Positions 10,718 through 21,156 of a DNA stretch of 64,000 nt are shown here, in pieces. The DNA is from an uncultured Candidatus Binatia bacterium. Lineage in GTDB: Bacteria; Desulfobacterota; Binatia; Bin18. A program made the position numbers and the translations under genes. The notes beneath the pieces are model-generated. The model saw nothing but the letters and a program-made list of their open reading frames with translations, was not told where the DNA came from and did not search any database. The DNA is taken from NCBI GenBank assembly GCA_965214605.1, contig OZ243961.1, positions 224,001 through 288,000 of the forward strand, in the 5' to 3' direction. Numbering within the stretch: position 1 is the stretch's first letter; each line of letters starts with the position of its first letter.

Positions 10718-12052
10718 GGTTCGCACCTGTCACCGCTGTCCGCTCAGACCGTTCAGCTGAGCCCCACAGCAAAGGGAAGATCGCATGCTGAGGGATGACC
10801 ATGGGGATGAATGGCGTGCGGGCTCTCCCTTCTTCTCTTGTCTCCTGCCATGGTCAGCCGCATACTTTGCGCAGTGCGGTTCGGATACCGAGGCTGTGAG
10901 AGCCGCCGCTCTCTTTGCTATCCTCCCGGCCTACGTTATTCACTTTGCCAGCCCGACCATTCACATCGACATGGCAGAATTAACGCCCTAGTGGGAGGGA
11001 TGGCTCGGTTCCCGTGGTTGCCGCTCATCGTTCTGGATGAACAAAGCGACCCCGACCTCCCCCACGCTGCTCCCGTTCTCTAAGGGCCCTTCACCTAGCC
11101 ACTCGAGAGGGACGCCGCCGATGGGGTGCAGGGCATGACACCACACAGGTCGGGGCGGAGTGGTATCCGTGGTGGATTTTCCGATCGCATCGTTCGGAGC
11201 CCACTTGGCCTCTAATGGTGTCCTCATCTCTACTAATCGCGAAGAAGGGCGGCCAAGACGCCCTCCGGCTCTTCCTTATCGCTGACCGTCGCCTTCTCCA
11301 CCATGCTCCCGTTCAAATCGTATCGTTTTGTTGAATACTCTCCGCTCGTTGCGGTCAGTTTACGAGGGTGGTTAAAGATAATCGCTGTTCGCTCTACGAC
11401 TCGGCCGGAGACGATAATTCGTCTCCGGGCCGGCTTGTTTTTTGTCGTCGCTCTGCGCGTCCGATTGACCCGGCATATGTGCCACGAGTTCCCCCGCGTC
11501 TTGAGGCCATGCGGGTGGGGTGGGATAGTGAGCCCACAACACGTCAAAAGGGGCACGCGTTTTTCACATCAACAGGGAGGATTTTCCGCGCCTGTGTTCT
11601 GGAATACGCGCCATCTCTGTATGGCCGAGCTTGACCCCGACCTGATACGGATCTCTGTCTGAACAGTGGACCGAGGACCGATGTGACCCAGGACAGAGTG
11701 AGCCTATCGGCAAAGGTGATTTTCGCAAGTTCGGCTCTGAATACGCATTTGCCGATGACGCCTGTCAGGAAGGCACCGCCATTTTCGATACAGACCCCCT
11801 TATGAAAAAAGTGTATTCCGCTCAGTATACAACGGTGTACAGAAGTGGTGGTGGAGCAAGCAGACGGAGCGCTCCCCGAAAACGACCGGGGAGCAGAGAG
11901 CGAGTACTTCCTCCCCCTGGGGATTTTTCCCAGAACGCATGCACTGTCTTCAAACAAGCGCTGCGTCGCACTCTCCAAACCCCAGCCCGGAGGTCACAGA
12001 AAGCACTGCGTGTCCCGGGATCTGAAGACAGGCGGATCGGAGAAGAGGACCT

Positions 12053-13423
12053 ATGGGAATACTGGCCCGCATTGGGTTGGCCTTGACCCACTGGACGGAA
12101 CGTTGGGTTCCTGATTCGTGGGTTATTGCGGTGATGCTGAGCCTGCTTGTTGCCTGCTTGGCGATGACAGTCGGAGGCGCATCGCCGGCGACCACACTGC
12201 AGGCCTGGGGTCAGGGTTTATGGACCCTGCTCAGTCTGGCCATGCAGTTCACCCTGATGATGGTCTTAGCCTATGCCTGCGCGGTGTCTCCGCCGCTCAG
12301 ACGGGCCTTTGTGTGGATGGCCGCCTGGCCTAACCCGGCTCGACCCCGTCAAGCGATTGTCCTGATGGCATGTTTCTCAACTCTCACCGCCTGGCTTAAC
12401 TGGGCGTTCAGCCTAGTGGTGACCGCCGCCTTTCTGCCGTTTGTGGTGAGAACCAATCCGCGGGTCGATTTCCGTTTGCTCGTCACCTGCGCCTATTTGG
12501 GAGTTGGCACCGTCTGGCATACTGGTCTATCCGGCTCGGCTCCGCTCATTATTGCGACGCCGGATAATTTTCTGATCCAGGCCGGCGTGCTGACCGAGAC
12601 CGTACCAACGACCCAGACCCTGTTTGCGTCGTTTAATCTTGGCTACGCGGTCCTGGCCGGCCTAGGAGGGATACTGATTGCCGCCGCTCTGGTGCCCTCA
12701 GCGGCCGAGGCGGTCACGGTATCCGAGACTCAGGTCGAGCGTCTCTCCTTGGGCCATGTGCTCCAAACCCGCCCGTCAAGCCTGATGCCGGCCGAACGTT
12801 TAGAGTGGTGGCCGGGCTGGTCGTTGATCGCGAGCGGGGCGTTGTTGCTGTATCTGGTCTCACAGCTCAGCAGCCTCGGATTTGGCCGGGCCTGGACGAT
12901 TGATAATTACAACCTCTTGTTCATGGCCCTCGGCCTGTTGCTGCACTGGCATCCCAAGTCATTTTTAGCCGCGTGTGAGGACGGAATCAAAAATACCTGG
13001 GGGATTGTGATCCAGTATCCCCTGTACGCTGGTATTTTTGGTCTGATGATGTATACAGAGTTGGGCCGAGCGCTGACCCGCTTGTTTGTGAGTGCTGGCT
13101 CGCCGCGAACCTTCCCGCTGATTGCATATCTGTACTCCGCGGTCCTAAACTATTTTATTCCTTCCGGCGGCTCAAAGTGGATTGTCGAAGCTTCCTACCT
13201 CCTGCCAGCCGGACAGTCTTTGGGCCTGTCGATCCCAACGGTGACGCTGAGCTACGCCTACGGCGATACGACGACCAATCTGATTCAGCCATTTTGGGCG
13301 ATTCCTATCCTGACTGTCGCCGGCCTCCGTTTTGGCGACATCATGGGCTACTGCGTTATCATTGCGGGCTTAATGCTGGTGTTTAATGTGCTGGCCCTGC
13401 TGCTGATTCCGCTGCAGTTGTAA
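12053..13423 (+). CDS. Short-chain fatty acid transporter (AtoE family)
   Basis: Polytopic membrane protein with WVPDSW, LAMQFTLMM, GLSGSAPL, QYPLYAGIFG, FIPSGGSKW, NLIQPFWAIP. Confidence 0.88.
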   Translation: MGILARIGLALTHWTERWVPDSWVIAVMLSLLVACLAMTVGGASPATTLQAWGQGLWTLLSLAMQFTLMMVLAYACAVSPPLRRAFVWMAAWPNPARPRQAIVLMACFSTLTAWLNWAFSLVVTAAFLPFVVRTNPRVDFRLLVTCAYLGVGTVWHTGLSGSAPLIIATPDNFLIQAGVLTETVPTTQTLFASFNLGYAVLAGLGGILIAAALVPSAAEAVTVSETQVERLSLGHVLQTRPSSLMPAERLEWWPGWSLIASGALLLYLVSQLSSLGFGRAWTIDNYNLLFMALGLLLHWHPKSFLAACEDGIKNTWGIVIQYPLYAGIFGLMMYTELGRALTRLFVSAGSPRTFPLIAYLYSAVLNYFIPSGGSKWIVEASYLLPAGQSLGLSIPTVTLSYAYGDTTTNLIQPFWAIPILTVAGLRFGDIMGYCVIIAGLMLVFNVLALLLIPLQL

Positions 13424-13424
13424 C

Positions 13425-14213
13425 TTATCGCCCCTGAAACACCGGCTTGCGTTTTTCGACAAACGCTCGGACAGCTTCTTTCGCATCTTCGCTGCCGGAC
13501 AGCTCATGGGTCATGTTCTGCTCAAACCGATAGCCATCACGCAGATCCATGAACTCGATACTATTCATGGCGTGTTTGGCCAGACGGATTGCCAGCGGGC
13601 TTTTGGCGGCAATTTCCTGAGCCAGAGCGTGGCTGGTGGCGAGGAGTTGATCGGGAGGGACAACGGTCTCCACAATGCCCCTGCGGTACAGTTCTTGGGC
13701 TCCGACCCGCTCGCCGGTGTACATCATTTTGCGCGCCTTATATACCCCAAACAAGCGCTGGGCGTGCCGCCCACCGCCAAGGAGACCCACATCGATCTCG
13801 GGCAGGCCGACCAGGGCTCTCTCGGACGCGATCAGTATGTCGCATGAGGCCAGCAGGGCTAGTCCACCGCCCAGCGCCGGACCGTTGATCGCTCCAATCA
13901 CCGGTACCGAACACTCGAGGATGGCGTGAAACGCCTCGCGGGCCGCCCGTGAGTGTGCCCACATCGCTCCGGGCTGAGGTTGTTGCTGGCCTTCAAGCGA
14001 AGACGAACGGGCCTTCATATCGGCCCCGGCGCAAAAGCATTTGCCGGCGCCGGTAAAAACCGCGGCCCGTACCTCGGAGCGGTTGTTCAGTGCGTCAAAC
14101 GCGGCCTGAATTTCGTTGAACATCTGACGGTTCATGGCGTTGACCGGCGGGCGGTCGATGGTGACCGTGGCAACGAAATCGCGCATTGTGGTCTTGATGA
14201 TCTCCATATCCAT
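13425..14213 (-). CDS. Enoyl-CoA hydratase/isomerase family protein
   Basis: DRPPVNAM, FCAGAD, AINGPALGGG, GLPEIDVG crotonase motifs. Confidence 0.92.
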   Translation of the reverse strand: MDMEIIKTTMRDFVATVTIDRPPVNAMNRQMFNEIQAAFDALNNRSEVRAAVFTGAGKCFCAGADMKARSSSLEGQQQPQPGAMWAHSRAAREAFHAILECSVPVIGAINGPALGGGLALLASCDILIASERALVGLPEIDVGLLGGGRHAQRLFGVYKARKMMYTGERVGAQELYRRGIVETVVPPDQLLATSHALAQEIAAKSPLAIRLAKHAMNSIEFMDLRDGYRFEQNMTHELSGSEDAKEAVRAFVEKRKPVFQGR

Positions 14214-14237
14214 AGTCCTGTGGTAAGCGATACGCTG

Positions 14238-15401
14238 TTATCTGAATAAGGACCGGGCAATCACCATCCGGTGCACCTCTGAGGGCCCTTCGCCAATCCG
14301 TCGTACACGGGCTTCGCGATACCAGCGCTCTAGAGGAAACTCCTTGGTCACCCCGTAGCCACCGTGAATCTGGACCGCGTTGTCAATTACCCGGCCCAAA
14401 ACCTCGCTCGAATACAGTTTGGCAATCGAGGCCTCAAGGCGGGCGTCCTCCCCCCGGTCGGCTTTCCAAGCCCCGTCCCAGATCAACCAGCGGCTCGCGC
14501 GCAGTTCGACTTCGGCATCGGCCAGCATCCATTGGATGGCCTGGCGTCGACTGAGCGGCTGGCCGAATGTTTCGCGTTGTTTGGCATGTTCGATAGCCAT
14601 CCGCTGGGCGGCGACAGCCACGCCGAGATTGGCGGCCGAGTACGGAAAGCGGGCCTTGGTCAGGAGATCAAAACACAGAAACAACCCCTGACCCTCTTCC
14701 CCAATCATCTTGTCGGCCGGCACCCGACAGTCCTCAAACGAGACCTCATTGGGAACCGATACTGTCCGGATGGTTTTGAACGGACGCGGGGTGAAGCCCG
14801 GCGTGTCTTTGTCAATAATGAAGCAGCTAATACCTTGGCGGCCTTTTTCCGGAGCGGTCCGCACAAAGACGACTCCCCACTCGGCGAGGTGGGCGTTGGA
14901 AATAAAAATCTTTGTGCCGTTGATGATCCACGAATCGCCGTCTTTAACGCCTCGACACTGAATAGCTCCGGCCGGGTCCGAGCCACCGCCGGGTTCGGTA
15001 ATAGCAAAAAAGGTTTTGAGGCCGTCCCGCAAGGTCGGTACGGCGTAGCGTTGGATCTGATCGAGCGTGCCGGCGTAAATCGGGGCTGGTGGATAGCGGC
15101 CGAAGGTTCCACAGCCCGGGTTGTACAGGCCCATCCGGTGCTGAGCCATTTCTTCCAACACCACCGACATGCCAAAGGTATTGACTCCCCCGCCCCCGAA
15201 TTGCTCAGGGGCAGCCAAGCACCACAGGTCGGCCTTCTTGTTCTGAGCCATCAGGCGTTGGTAGTCTGCCTCTGGGAGATCCGGGGCGTCGGGGTCGAGC
15301 TGCTGTTCGAGCGGAAGGATCTCTTCGCGGATAAAACGCCGAACTTGATCTCGGAGCAGGGTAAGCTCCGGAGGGAGGCGAAAGCCGTGGAATGCTTCCA
15401 T
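14238..15401 (-). CDS. Acyl-CoA dehydrogenase
   Basis: FAITEPGGGSD, INGTKIFISN, RETFG, AVQIHGGYG, RIGEGPSE. Confidence 0.95.
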   Translation of the reverse strand: MEAFHGFRLPPELTLLRDQVRRFIREEILPLEQQLDPDAPDLPEADYQRLMAQNKKADLWCLAAPEQFGGGGVNTFGMSVVLEEMAQHRMGLYNPGCGTFGRYPPAPIYAGTLDQIQRYAVPTLRDGLKTFFAITEPGGGSDPAGAIQCRGVKDGDSWIINGTKIFISNAHLAEWGVVFVRTAPEKGRQGISCFIIDKDTPGFTPRPFKTIRTVSVPNEVSFEDCRVPADKMIGEEGQGLFLCFDLLTKARFPYSAANLGVAVAAQRMAIEHAKQRETFGQPLSRRQAIQWMLADAEVELRASRWLIWDGAWKADRGEDARLEASIAKLYSSEVLGRVIDNAVQIHGGYGVTKEFPLERWYREARVRRIGEGPSEVHRMVIARSLFR

Positions 15402-15419
15402 AACGGTACCTCGGCGGTG

Positions 15420-15845
15420 CTAATCGACACGCCTGAACTTGGGGATGGTCACCGCTGCGGTGACATCGTCGAAAACGACCTCGACCGGTAAATCTAGCCT
15501 GAGTTCGTCGGGCTCGACGTCCGTTAACCAGCTGACTAGCCGCACGCCTTCTTCCATCTCTATCACAACTGGACTATAGGGCACCATGTCAGCAAACTGG
15601 GCGAGCATGGGCTGGACGGCGGTGGTCCACGAGAAGACCTTGCCTTTACCGCTCGACTGGGCCCACTCCCAGTTGAAAGACCCGCATTTGGCACACATAT
15701 CACGGGGTAAGTGGCGCCAAGTGCCACAGTCGGTGCAGCGCTGAAAACGGAGCTGGTGTTGTTTGCAGTAGTCGTAAAACTCGATGGCCATGCTGTTGCG
15801 CAGCTTCGGGAGGGGGCGTGGATAGGCGTTCGTTTCTTGTGCCAT
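15420..15845 (-). CDS. DUF35 Zn-ribbon/OB-fold protein (ChsH2 C-terminal-like)
   Basis: QRCTDCG...CAKCGS zinc ribbon then SGKGKVFSWT OB fold; start at MAQETN with GGAGG RBS. Confidence 0.88.
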   Translation of the reverse strand: MAQETNAYPRPLPKLRNSMAIEFYDYCKQHQLRFQRCTDCGTWRHLPRDMCAKCGSFNWEWAQSSGKGKVFSWTTAVQPMLAQFADMVPYSPVVIEMEEGVRLVSWLTDVEPDELRLDLPVEVVFDDVTAAVTIPKFRRVD

Positions 15846-15847
15846 GG

Positions 15848-17026
15848 TTACCTCCGTAAGATGGCCAGGCTGCCGTCTCCAAAGTCGCCCCAGCCAGTCA
15901 CTAAGCCCAGCTCGGCATCGTTGACCTGTCGTTCGCCAGCCTCGTGGCGCAGCTGGCGGGTGGCCTCGGTAATATGGTTCATGCCCCATACGTGGGCTTC
16001 CGAGTGCAGTCCGCCGTGGGTGTTGATGGGCAGTTCACCACCCAGCTCCAGGCGCCCGCCCTGGACAAAATCACCGACCTCGCCACGTTCGCAAAACCCT
16101 AAGGCTTCGAGCTGGAGCAGAACGACGTAGGAGAAACAGTCGTAGATCTCAATGAAGTCAATATCCTTGTGCTCAACGCCGGCCATCTGAAAAGCGTTCG
16201 GAGCGGCAAAACTCAGGCCGATGGTGAACGGATCGGGCCGTGAGGGAATATCGTCGGCCGGATAGGGGTGCCCCTCTGCCACTCCCGAGATGTAGACCGG
16301 ATCGTGCTTCAGATCTTTGGCTCGCTCTGGCGAGGTCAGCACGACTGCGCACGCTCCGTCGGTTTCCAAGCAGCAGTCGAACAGGCGGAACGGTTTTGCC
16401 ACCCAGCGGGCGTTCAAATAGTCTTCCATGGTAAGCGGACGGCCACACATATAGGCTTTGTCATTCAACTGGGCGTGCTTGCGTGAGGCAACCGCTATCG
16501 ATCCCATGGCTTCGTCCGGCGTGCTGTACAGCTCTTTGTGGCGGGTGGCCAGCCAGGCGTACCACTGGACGGGCACAGACGCCCCGTAGGGCAAATAATA
16601 TTCGCCAATGGTGGTCGCCATAACGCCCGGAGCCCCACTGCCGCTGCCTCCTTCAGGACGCCCCAGGTTACGAACCCGCATGGCCGAGTAGCCGTTCCAG
16701 CCGAGCGGAATCAAGACGTTTTTGGCCACGCCACAGGCCACGGCCATAGCCGCGCTTTGCAGAGAGGTCACCGGGCTGGCGCCACCCATGTGGACGGTGA
16801 CCGAGTACCGCAGATCCTCAATGCCCAGATTGGCCGCAAAATGTTCAGCCGTTGACGGGAGGGGAGGCGGAATAATGCCGTCAATATCGTGCGGGCTGAG
16901 ACCGGCATCGTTGATGGCCCGCATTGAGGCTTCTAGCATCAGAGACAGGTCGGTGCGATCCGAGCCTCGGGTAAAGTCCGTCTCGCCGATCCCGACAATG
17001 CAGGCTTGATTTTTCAGTGAGTACAT
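15848..17026 (-). CDS. Thiolase-like protein (Ltp2/SCP2-thiolase family, probable retro-aldolase)
   Basis: [32 protein letters not shown]; GGAS at the position of the thiolase catalytic Cys; start MYSLKNQ after AAAGGAGG. Confidence 0.88.
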   Translation of the reverse strand: MYSLKNQACIVGIGETDFTRGSDRTDLSLMLEASMRAINDAGLSPHDIDGIIPPPLPSTAEHFAANLGIEDLRYSVTVHMGGASPVTSLQSAAMAVACGVAKNVLIPLGWNGYSAMRVRNLGRPEGGSGSGAPGVMATTIGEYYLPYGASVPVQWYAWLATRHKELYSTPDEAMGSIAVASRKHAQLNDKAYMCGRPLTMEDYLNARWVAKPFRLFDCCLETDGACAVVLTSPERAKDLKHDPVYISGVAEGHPYPADDIPSRPDPFTIGLSFAAPNAFQMAGVEHKDIDFIEIYDCFSYVVLLQLEALGFCERGEVGDFVQGGRLELGGELPINTHGGLHSEAHVWGMNHITEATRQLRHEAGERQVNDAELGLVTGWGDFGDGSLAILRR

Positions 17027-17907
17027 AGTTCCTCCTTTGTAAGGACTCCCGCGCGGGATCGTACACTGGACGGAGGCGGATTGTAAAGTCAAAACGGGAG
17101 GCATTGCCTCTGCCGGGGTCCGCAGCAGACACACCGCATGGAGACCTTAAGTCGGGTCGCCCGCTCAGTACAACCAGCCGTGAGACCGGCGCGGAGTCGC
17201 TTCCTGTGCCGGACGATGGAGAACAGCCTTCGCCTCCGACGACACAGTGGAGGTTGCCCGGAGCAGGTTCACGGGCTGAGGACTGCCGGAGAGGAGTTTT
17301 TGCGGGGAGTAGGGGCCACTGTTGGGGTTCTCTAGTGTTCCCCTGAGGAGGGGAAGTGATTGTTGTGCATGGAACGAAAGCGCACGGCACTCGGAGTGTT
17401 GACGAGCACCTCTCCGTATGCGGGGCTCTGGGTGCTATTGCTCCTCACAGCCCGAACTCATCGCTAGGGCCGAGCCCCACGAACTGCGCAGGAAGCGTGG
17501 ACAGGATTCGGACTCTGATGTGTGCCGAGTGGAAGGACGGTTTGTCATGTTGAACCGCTGGGGCTGATGTGAATGGACCGCGCGGGACGGTCTCCCTTTG
17601 TCCCTGATTGTATTTTCAGAACTCGCCTACGCATGGCGCTGAGGTTGAGAGCCTGCCTGGTAGCCGGCGCGGATCCGAGCGCCCGATACTAATCTAGAGC
17701 ACCGGTTACTAATTCGCCTCCTTCCATCACCATGGCGATGGAAACCGACTGCGGTATAGAGCGGACCCGAGATTGGTTCGTCGATGGCACGCTTACAAGA
17801 CACTTGAATGTGTGGAGCAACGCTATCCGCCCCCCGATTTTCGTTGATGAACCGGCGTACTCCCCTCGCTTTCCGGATCGAGCGCTTTGGGCTATCTTGT
17901 AGGAGAC

Positions 17908-18819
17908 ATGAAAATTCGACACCTCTTTGAGACCCAAGCCCAAACGTTTTCCTTTGAGTTTTTCCCACCCAAAAATCCGGCCGATGTTGAGCAGTTGTTT
18001 GTCCGTGCCCGTGAGTTAAAGCCGTTTGGACCGAGCTTTATCTCGGTGACGTATGGGGCGGGGGGAACGACTCGGAAAAATACGATTGATCTGGTGTGCC
18101 GCTTTCAGGATGAGCTGGGGCTTGTTGGCATGACCCACCTGACCTGTGTGGGGCATACTCAGGTTGAGTTGCGGACGATCCTTCAAGAATTGCGGGTGCG
18201 GGGGATTGAGAATGTTATGTGCCTACGGGGCGACCCGCCGCGCGGGCAGGCCAGCTTTGAGCCGGTGTGGGGCGGTTTCGCTCACGCCAATGAACTGGTC
18301 TCGCTCGCCCGTGCCAGCGGCGACTTCTGTATTGGCGTGGCCGGCTACCCAGAGCCTCACCCTGAGAGCGAGAGCAGGGAGCTTGACCTGCTGCGGCTCC
18401 AGTACAAGGTTGACTGTGGGGCGGATTTTGTCATTACCCAGCTGTTCTACGACAATCGGGACTATTTCGACTTTGTGGACAGGGCCGGTCGGCTTGGCCT
18501 TCCGTGTCGAATTATCCCGGGGATTATGCCGATTGTGAACTATCACCAGATTGTCCGCATCACTCGGCTGTGCGGGGCAGTGATTCCGGCCGCACTCGTC
18601 GCCCGTCTGGAGCCGGTTGCCGATGACCCACAGGCGTCCCAAGAGGTTGGGATTGAGTGGGCGTGGCGGCAGTGTGAAGAACTGCTCGAACAAGGCGCAC
18701 CCGGTCTCCATTTCTATACGCTGAACCGCTCCGAGGCGACCAAGCGGATTTTTGAGCGTTTGCACCACGGCCCGGTACAGGCTCTCCTCCCCTCAGGGCC
18801 CTTCGACCTGAATCCCTAG
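17908..18819 (+). CDS. metF: 5,10-methylenetetrahydrofolate reductase
   Basis: FSFEFFPPK, SVTYGAGG, HLTCVG, LRGDPP, AGYPEPH, ITQLFYD, HFYTLN. Confidence 0.96.
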   Translation: MKIRHLFETQAQTFSFEFFPPKNPADVEQLFVRARELKPFGPSFISVTYGAGGTTRKNTIDLVCRFQDELGLVGMTHLTCVGHTQVELRTILQELRVRGIENVMCLRGDPPRGQASFEPVWGGFAHANELVSLARASGDFCIGVAGYPEPHPESESRELDLLRLQYKVDCGADFVITQLFYDNRDYFDFVDRAGRLGLPCRIIPGIMPIVNYHQIVRITRLCGAVIPAALVARLEPVADDPQASQEVGIEWAWRQCEELLEQGAPGLHFYTLNRSEATKRIFERLHHGPVQALLPSGPFDLNP

Positions 18820-18891
18820 CCATCCCCATTCCTCCACCATTGACGCTCCGTCTCCTGACGCGATATTGTCACTGGGTGAGGAGGCGCGCCT

Positions 18892-19929
18892 ATGCCGAGC
18901 CCAGATGAAGCCACCGCCTTTCTTGACGGCCTGTCACAGTTCAACGTCGGCCCCTTATGGAAGGTGCTGGGACAAATATTGACGCCTGAGCCCCGCACCC
19001 GGGCTCTTCCCCATCTGTGGTCCTGGCAAGAGCTGCGCCCACAGCTATTGCGGTCAGGCGAGGTCGTGACTGCCGCTGAGGCCGAGCGGCGGGTGTTGAT
19101 GCTCCTCAACCCAGGTTTGGAGGGCCGTGTGGCCACGACCACGACTTTATACGGCGGCTTGCAGCTCATCCTGCCCGGGGAGATCGCTCGGACTCACCGC
19201 CATACGCCCAATGCGCTGCGTTTCATTATAGAAGGCGAGGGCGCCTATACGGTCGTCGACGGCGATAAAATGACGATGGCCCCTGGTGACTTTGTTCTCA
19301 CTCCTAACTGGACCTGGCACGACCACGGCAGTGAAGGCGATCAACCCGTGGTGTGGCTCGACGGCTTGGACCTTCCGCTGGCATCCCTGCTGGAGAATAT
19401 TTTCACCCAACCCTTTCCCCAGGAAGTCCAGCCTGTCACCAAGCCGCTCAATGCGTCTGTGGCCGTCTACAGTAAGGGGGGGCTGTTGCCCAGCTGGCAG
19501 CGAGCGGTTGACAACGGCCGGTCCGGGCTTTTGAAATACGCCTGGACAGACGCCTATGCTATGTTGATGAGTCTGGGCAAAGACAAGGAAAGTCCGTTCG
19601 ACAGCGGCCTGCTCGAATATGTGAATCCAGTGAATGGCGGACCGTCGCTGCCGACCATGGCGAGCTTTCTGCAGCGCTTAAAACCCAACCAAACGACCCG
19701 GGCTCACCGCCACAGTGCCAGCGCGGTCTATTTGGCCGTGCAGGGTCACGGTCGTACGTATATAGACGGACGTGCCTATGATTGGGCCCCGGGCGATGTG
19801 TTTGCCCTGCCTCTGTGGGCGGCGCACAGCCACCAGAATCGCTCGGCCAATCAAGACGCCTTGCTGTTTTCGTTTACCGACGCGCCAGTGATGCGGGCGC
19901 TAGATTGGTATCGGGAGCAGGCGCTGTAG
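18892..19929 (+). CDS. Bicupin ring-cleaving dioxygenase (gentisate 1,2-dioxygenase family)
   Basis: AERRVLMLLNPG, HRHTPNALRF, PNWTWHDH, LDGLDLP and second cupin HRHSAS. Confidence 0.88.
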   Translation: MPSPDEATAFLDGLSQFNVGPLWKVLGQILTPEPRTRALPHLWSWQELRPQLLRSGEVVTAAEAERRVLMLLNPGLEGRVATTTTLYGGLQLILPGEIARTHRHTPNALRFIIEGEGAYTVVDGDKMTMAPGDFVLTPNWTWHDHGSEGDQPVVWLDGLDLPLASLLENIFTQPFPQEVQPVTKPLNASVAVYSKGGLLPSWQRAVDNGRSGLLKYAWTDAYAMLMSLGKDKESPFDSGLLEYVNPVNGGPSLPTMASFLQRLKPNQTTRAHRHSASAVYLAVQGHGRTYIDGRAYDWAPGDVFALPLWAAHSHQNRSANQDALLFSFTDAPVMRALDWYREQAL

Positions 19930-19941
19930 AGGAGTCCTCGT

Positions 19942-20967
19942 ATGCTCCAAACCATGATCGTCGGCAGCCTGCCGCGTCCGACCTGGCTCGTTCCACCCCA
20001 CCGGATGTATGTGTCCTGGCAGCTTGATGAGACCCAGCTGGCCGAAGGCTGCGACGATGCGGTCGTGCTGGCGATTGCCGACCAGGAACGGGCCGGGCTC
20101 AATATCCTGACCGATGGCGAGCAACGCCGCCGGCATTATATCTGGGGCTTTTGTGAAGGGCTGACCGGCCTTGATTTTGATCGCCTGGCGAAGATTGAGA
20201 CCCGTGGCAACCGTTACGGTATCCGGGTCGATGCAGCCCGGGTGGTGGGGCCTCTCCGGCGGCCCAAAGCCATTCTTGTTGATGCCTTGCGCTTTTTGAA
20301 ACAGCATACTAGCAAGCCTGTCAAGGTGACTTTGCCCGGCCCCATGACCACGGCCGACACCCTGGCCGACGAGCACTACGGGAGTCGCCAGACTCTGGCA
20401 ACCGAGATCGCCAACGTGCTCAACGAAGAGGCAGTCGAGTTAGCCGAAAACGGCTGCGATATCATCCAGTTCGATGAACCGTGTTTTAATATTTATCTAG
20501 ACATGGTCGAGGACTGGGGTATCCGTACCCTTGAGGGAGCGGCCAGAGGCGTGGGAGCTAAAATTGCGGTCCATATTTGCTATGGCTACGGTATTCCCCC
20601 AGTAGTCGAGTGGAAAAGCCGTAATACCGAATGGAGTCATTACGAACGAACGCTACCCCTACTGCGAACTAGCGCCATTGATATGATTTCGGTCGAGTGC
20701 GCTGCTTCGGGAGTCGATCCCTCGGTCTTGGCTCTGGCTCAGGGTAAAGACCTGATGGTCGGGGTGATTGATGTCGGCACCGAAGAGATCGAATCCCCGC
20801 AGACCGTGGCGTCCCGTATTCGTACCGCCCTGCAGTATGTTGAGCCACAGCACCTCTATCCGTGCACCGATTGTGGGATGATTCCGCGCTCGCGGACCGC
20901 AGCCCAGGGAAAGATGAAGGCCCTGGCAGACGGGGCTTGGCTGGTCCGCTCGGAGTTGATCGGCTAG
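19942..20967 (+). CDS. Cobalamin-independent methionine synthase catalytic-domain protein (MesD-like)
   Basis: VGSLPRP, TDGEQRR, LPGPMT, IQFDEP, Zn ligands HICYG...E...DCG; lacks the N-terminal half of MetE. Confidence 0.85.
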   Translation: MLQTMIVGSLPRPTWLVPPHRMYVSWQLDETQLAEGCDDAVVLAIADQERAGLNILTDGEQRRRHYIWGFCEGLTGLDFDRLAKIETRGNRYGIRVDAARVVGPLRRPKAILVDALRFLKQHTSKPVKVTLPGPMTTADTLADEHYGSRQTLATEIANVLNEEAVELAENGCDIIQFDEPCFNIYLDMVEDWGIRTLEGAARGVGAKIAVHICYGYGIPPVVEWKSRNTEWSHYERTLPLLRTSAIDMISVECAASGVDPSVLALAQGKDLMVGVIDVGTEEIESPQTVASRIRTALQYVEPQHLYPCTDCGMIPRSRTAAQGKMKALADGAWLVRSELIG

Positions 20968-20988
20968 GGGGGGCTGGCGAGGAAAAAG

Positions 20989-21099
20989 ATGGGGTATCTA
21001 CGTGAACTGTTTGGTGGTAACCCGTTATTGATGGGAGCGTTTCTCGGGATCGTCATTGCCGCAACGGTTATTTTCCTTGCCGAGCGGAGGCGATCCTAA
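20989..21099 (+). CDS. Small membrane peptide (36 aa)
   Basis: MGYLRELFGGNPLLMGAFLGIVIAATVIFLAERRRS; GAGGA RBS; one TM helix followed by basic residues. Confidence 0.55.
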   Translation: MGYLRELFGGNPLLMGAFLGIVIAATVIFLAERRRS

Positions 21100-21120
21100 A
21101 GCGGAGCGGCCATTGAAAGG

Positions 21121-21148
21121 GTTCCTCTTCCCGGCCGGGAAGAGGAAC
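21121..21148. terminator. Perfect 28-bp palindrome between convergent genes, probable bidirectional terminator
   Basis: GTTCCTCTTCCCGGCCGGGAAGAGGAAC is its own reverse complement. Confidence 0.6.
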
Positions 21149-21156
21149 TGAGCCGC

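Noticed and set aside
14364-15491. 375-aa plus-strand ORF
   Set aside because: Antisense shadow of the acyl-CoA dehydrogenase with no motifs; typical of GC-rich DNA.
17030-17907. SAM or SAH riboswitch upstream of metF, and small ORFs including a faint GNAT-like stretch
   Set aside because: No riboswitch consensus found by eye, and the ORFs lack convincing motifs.
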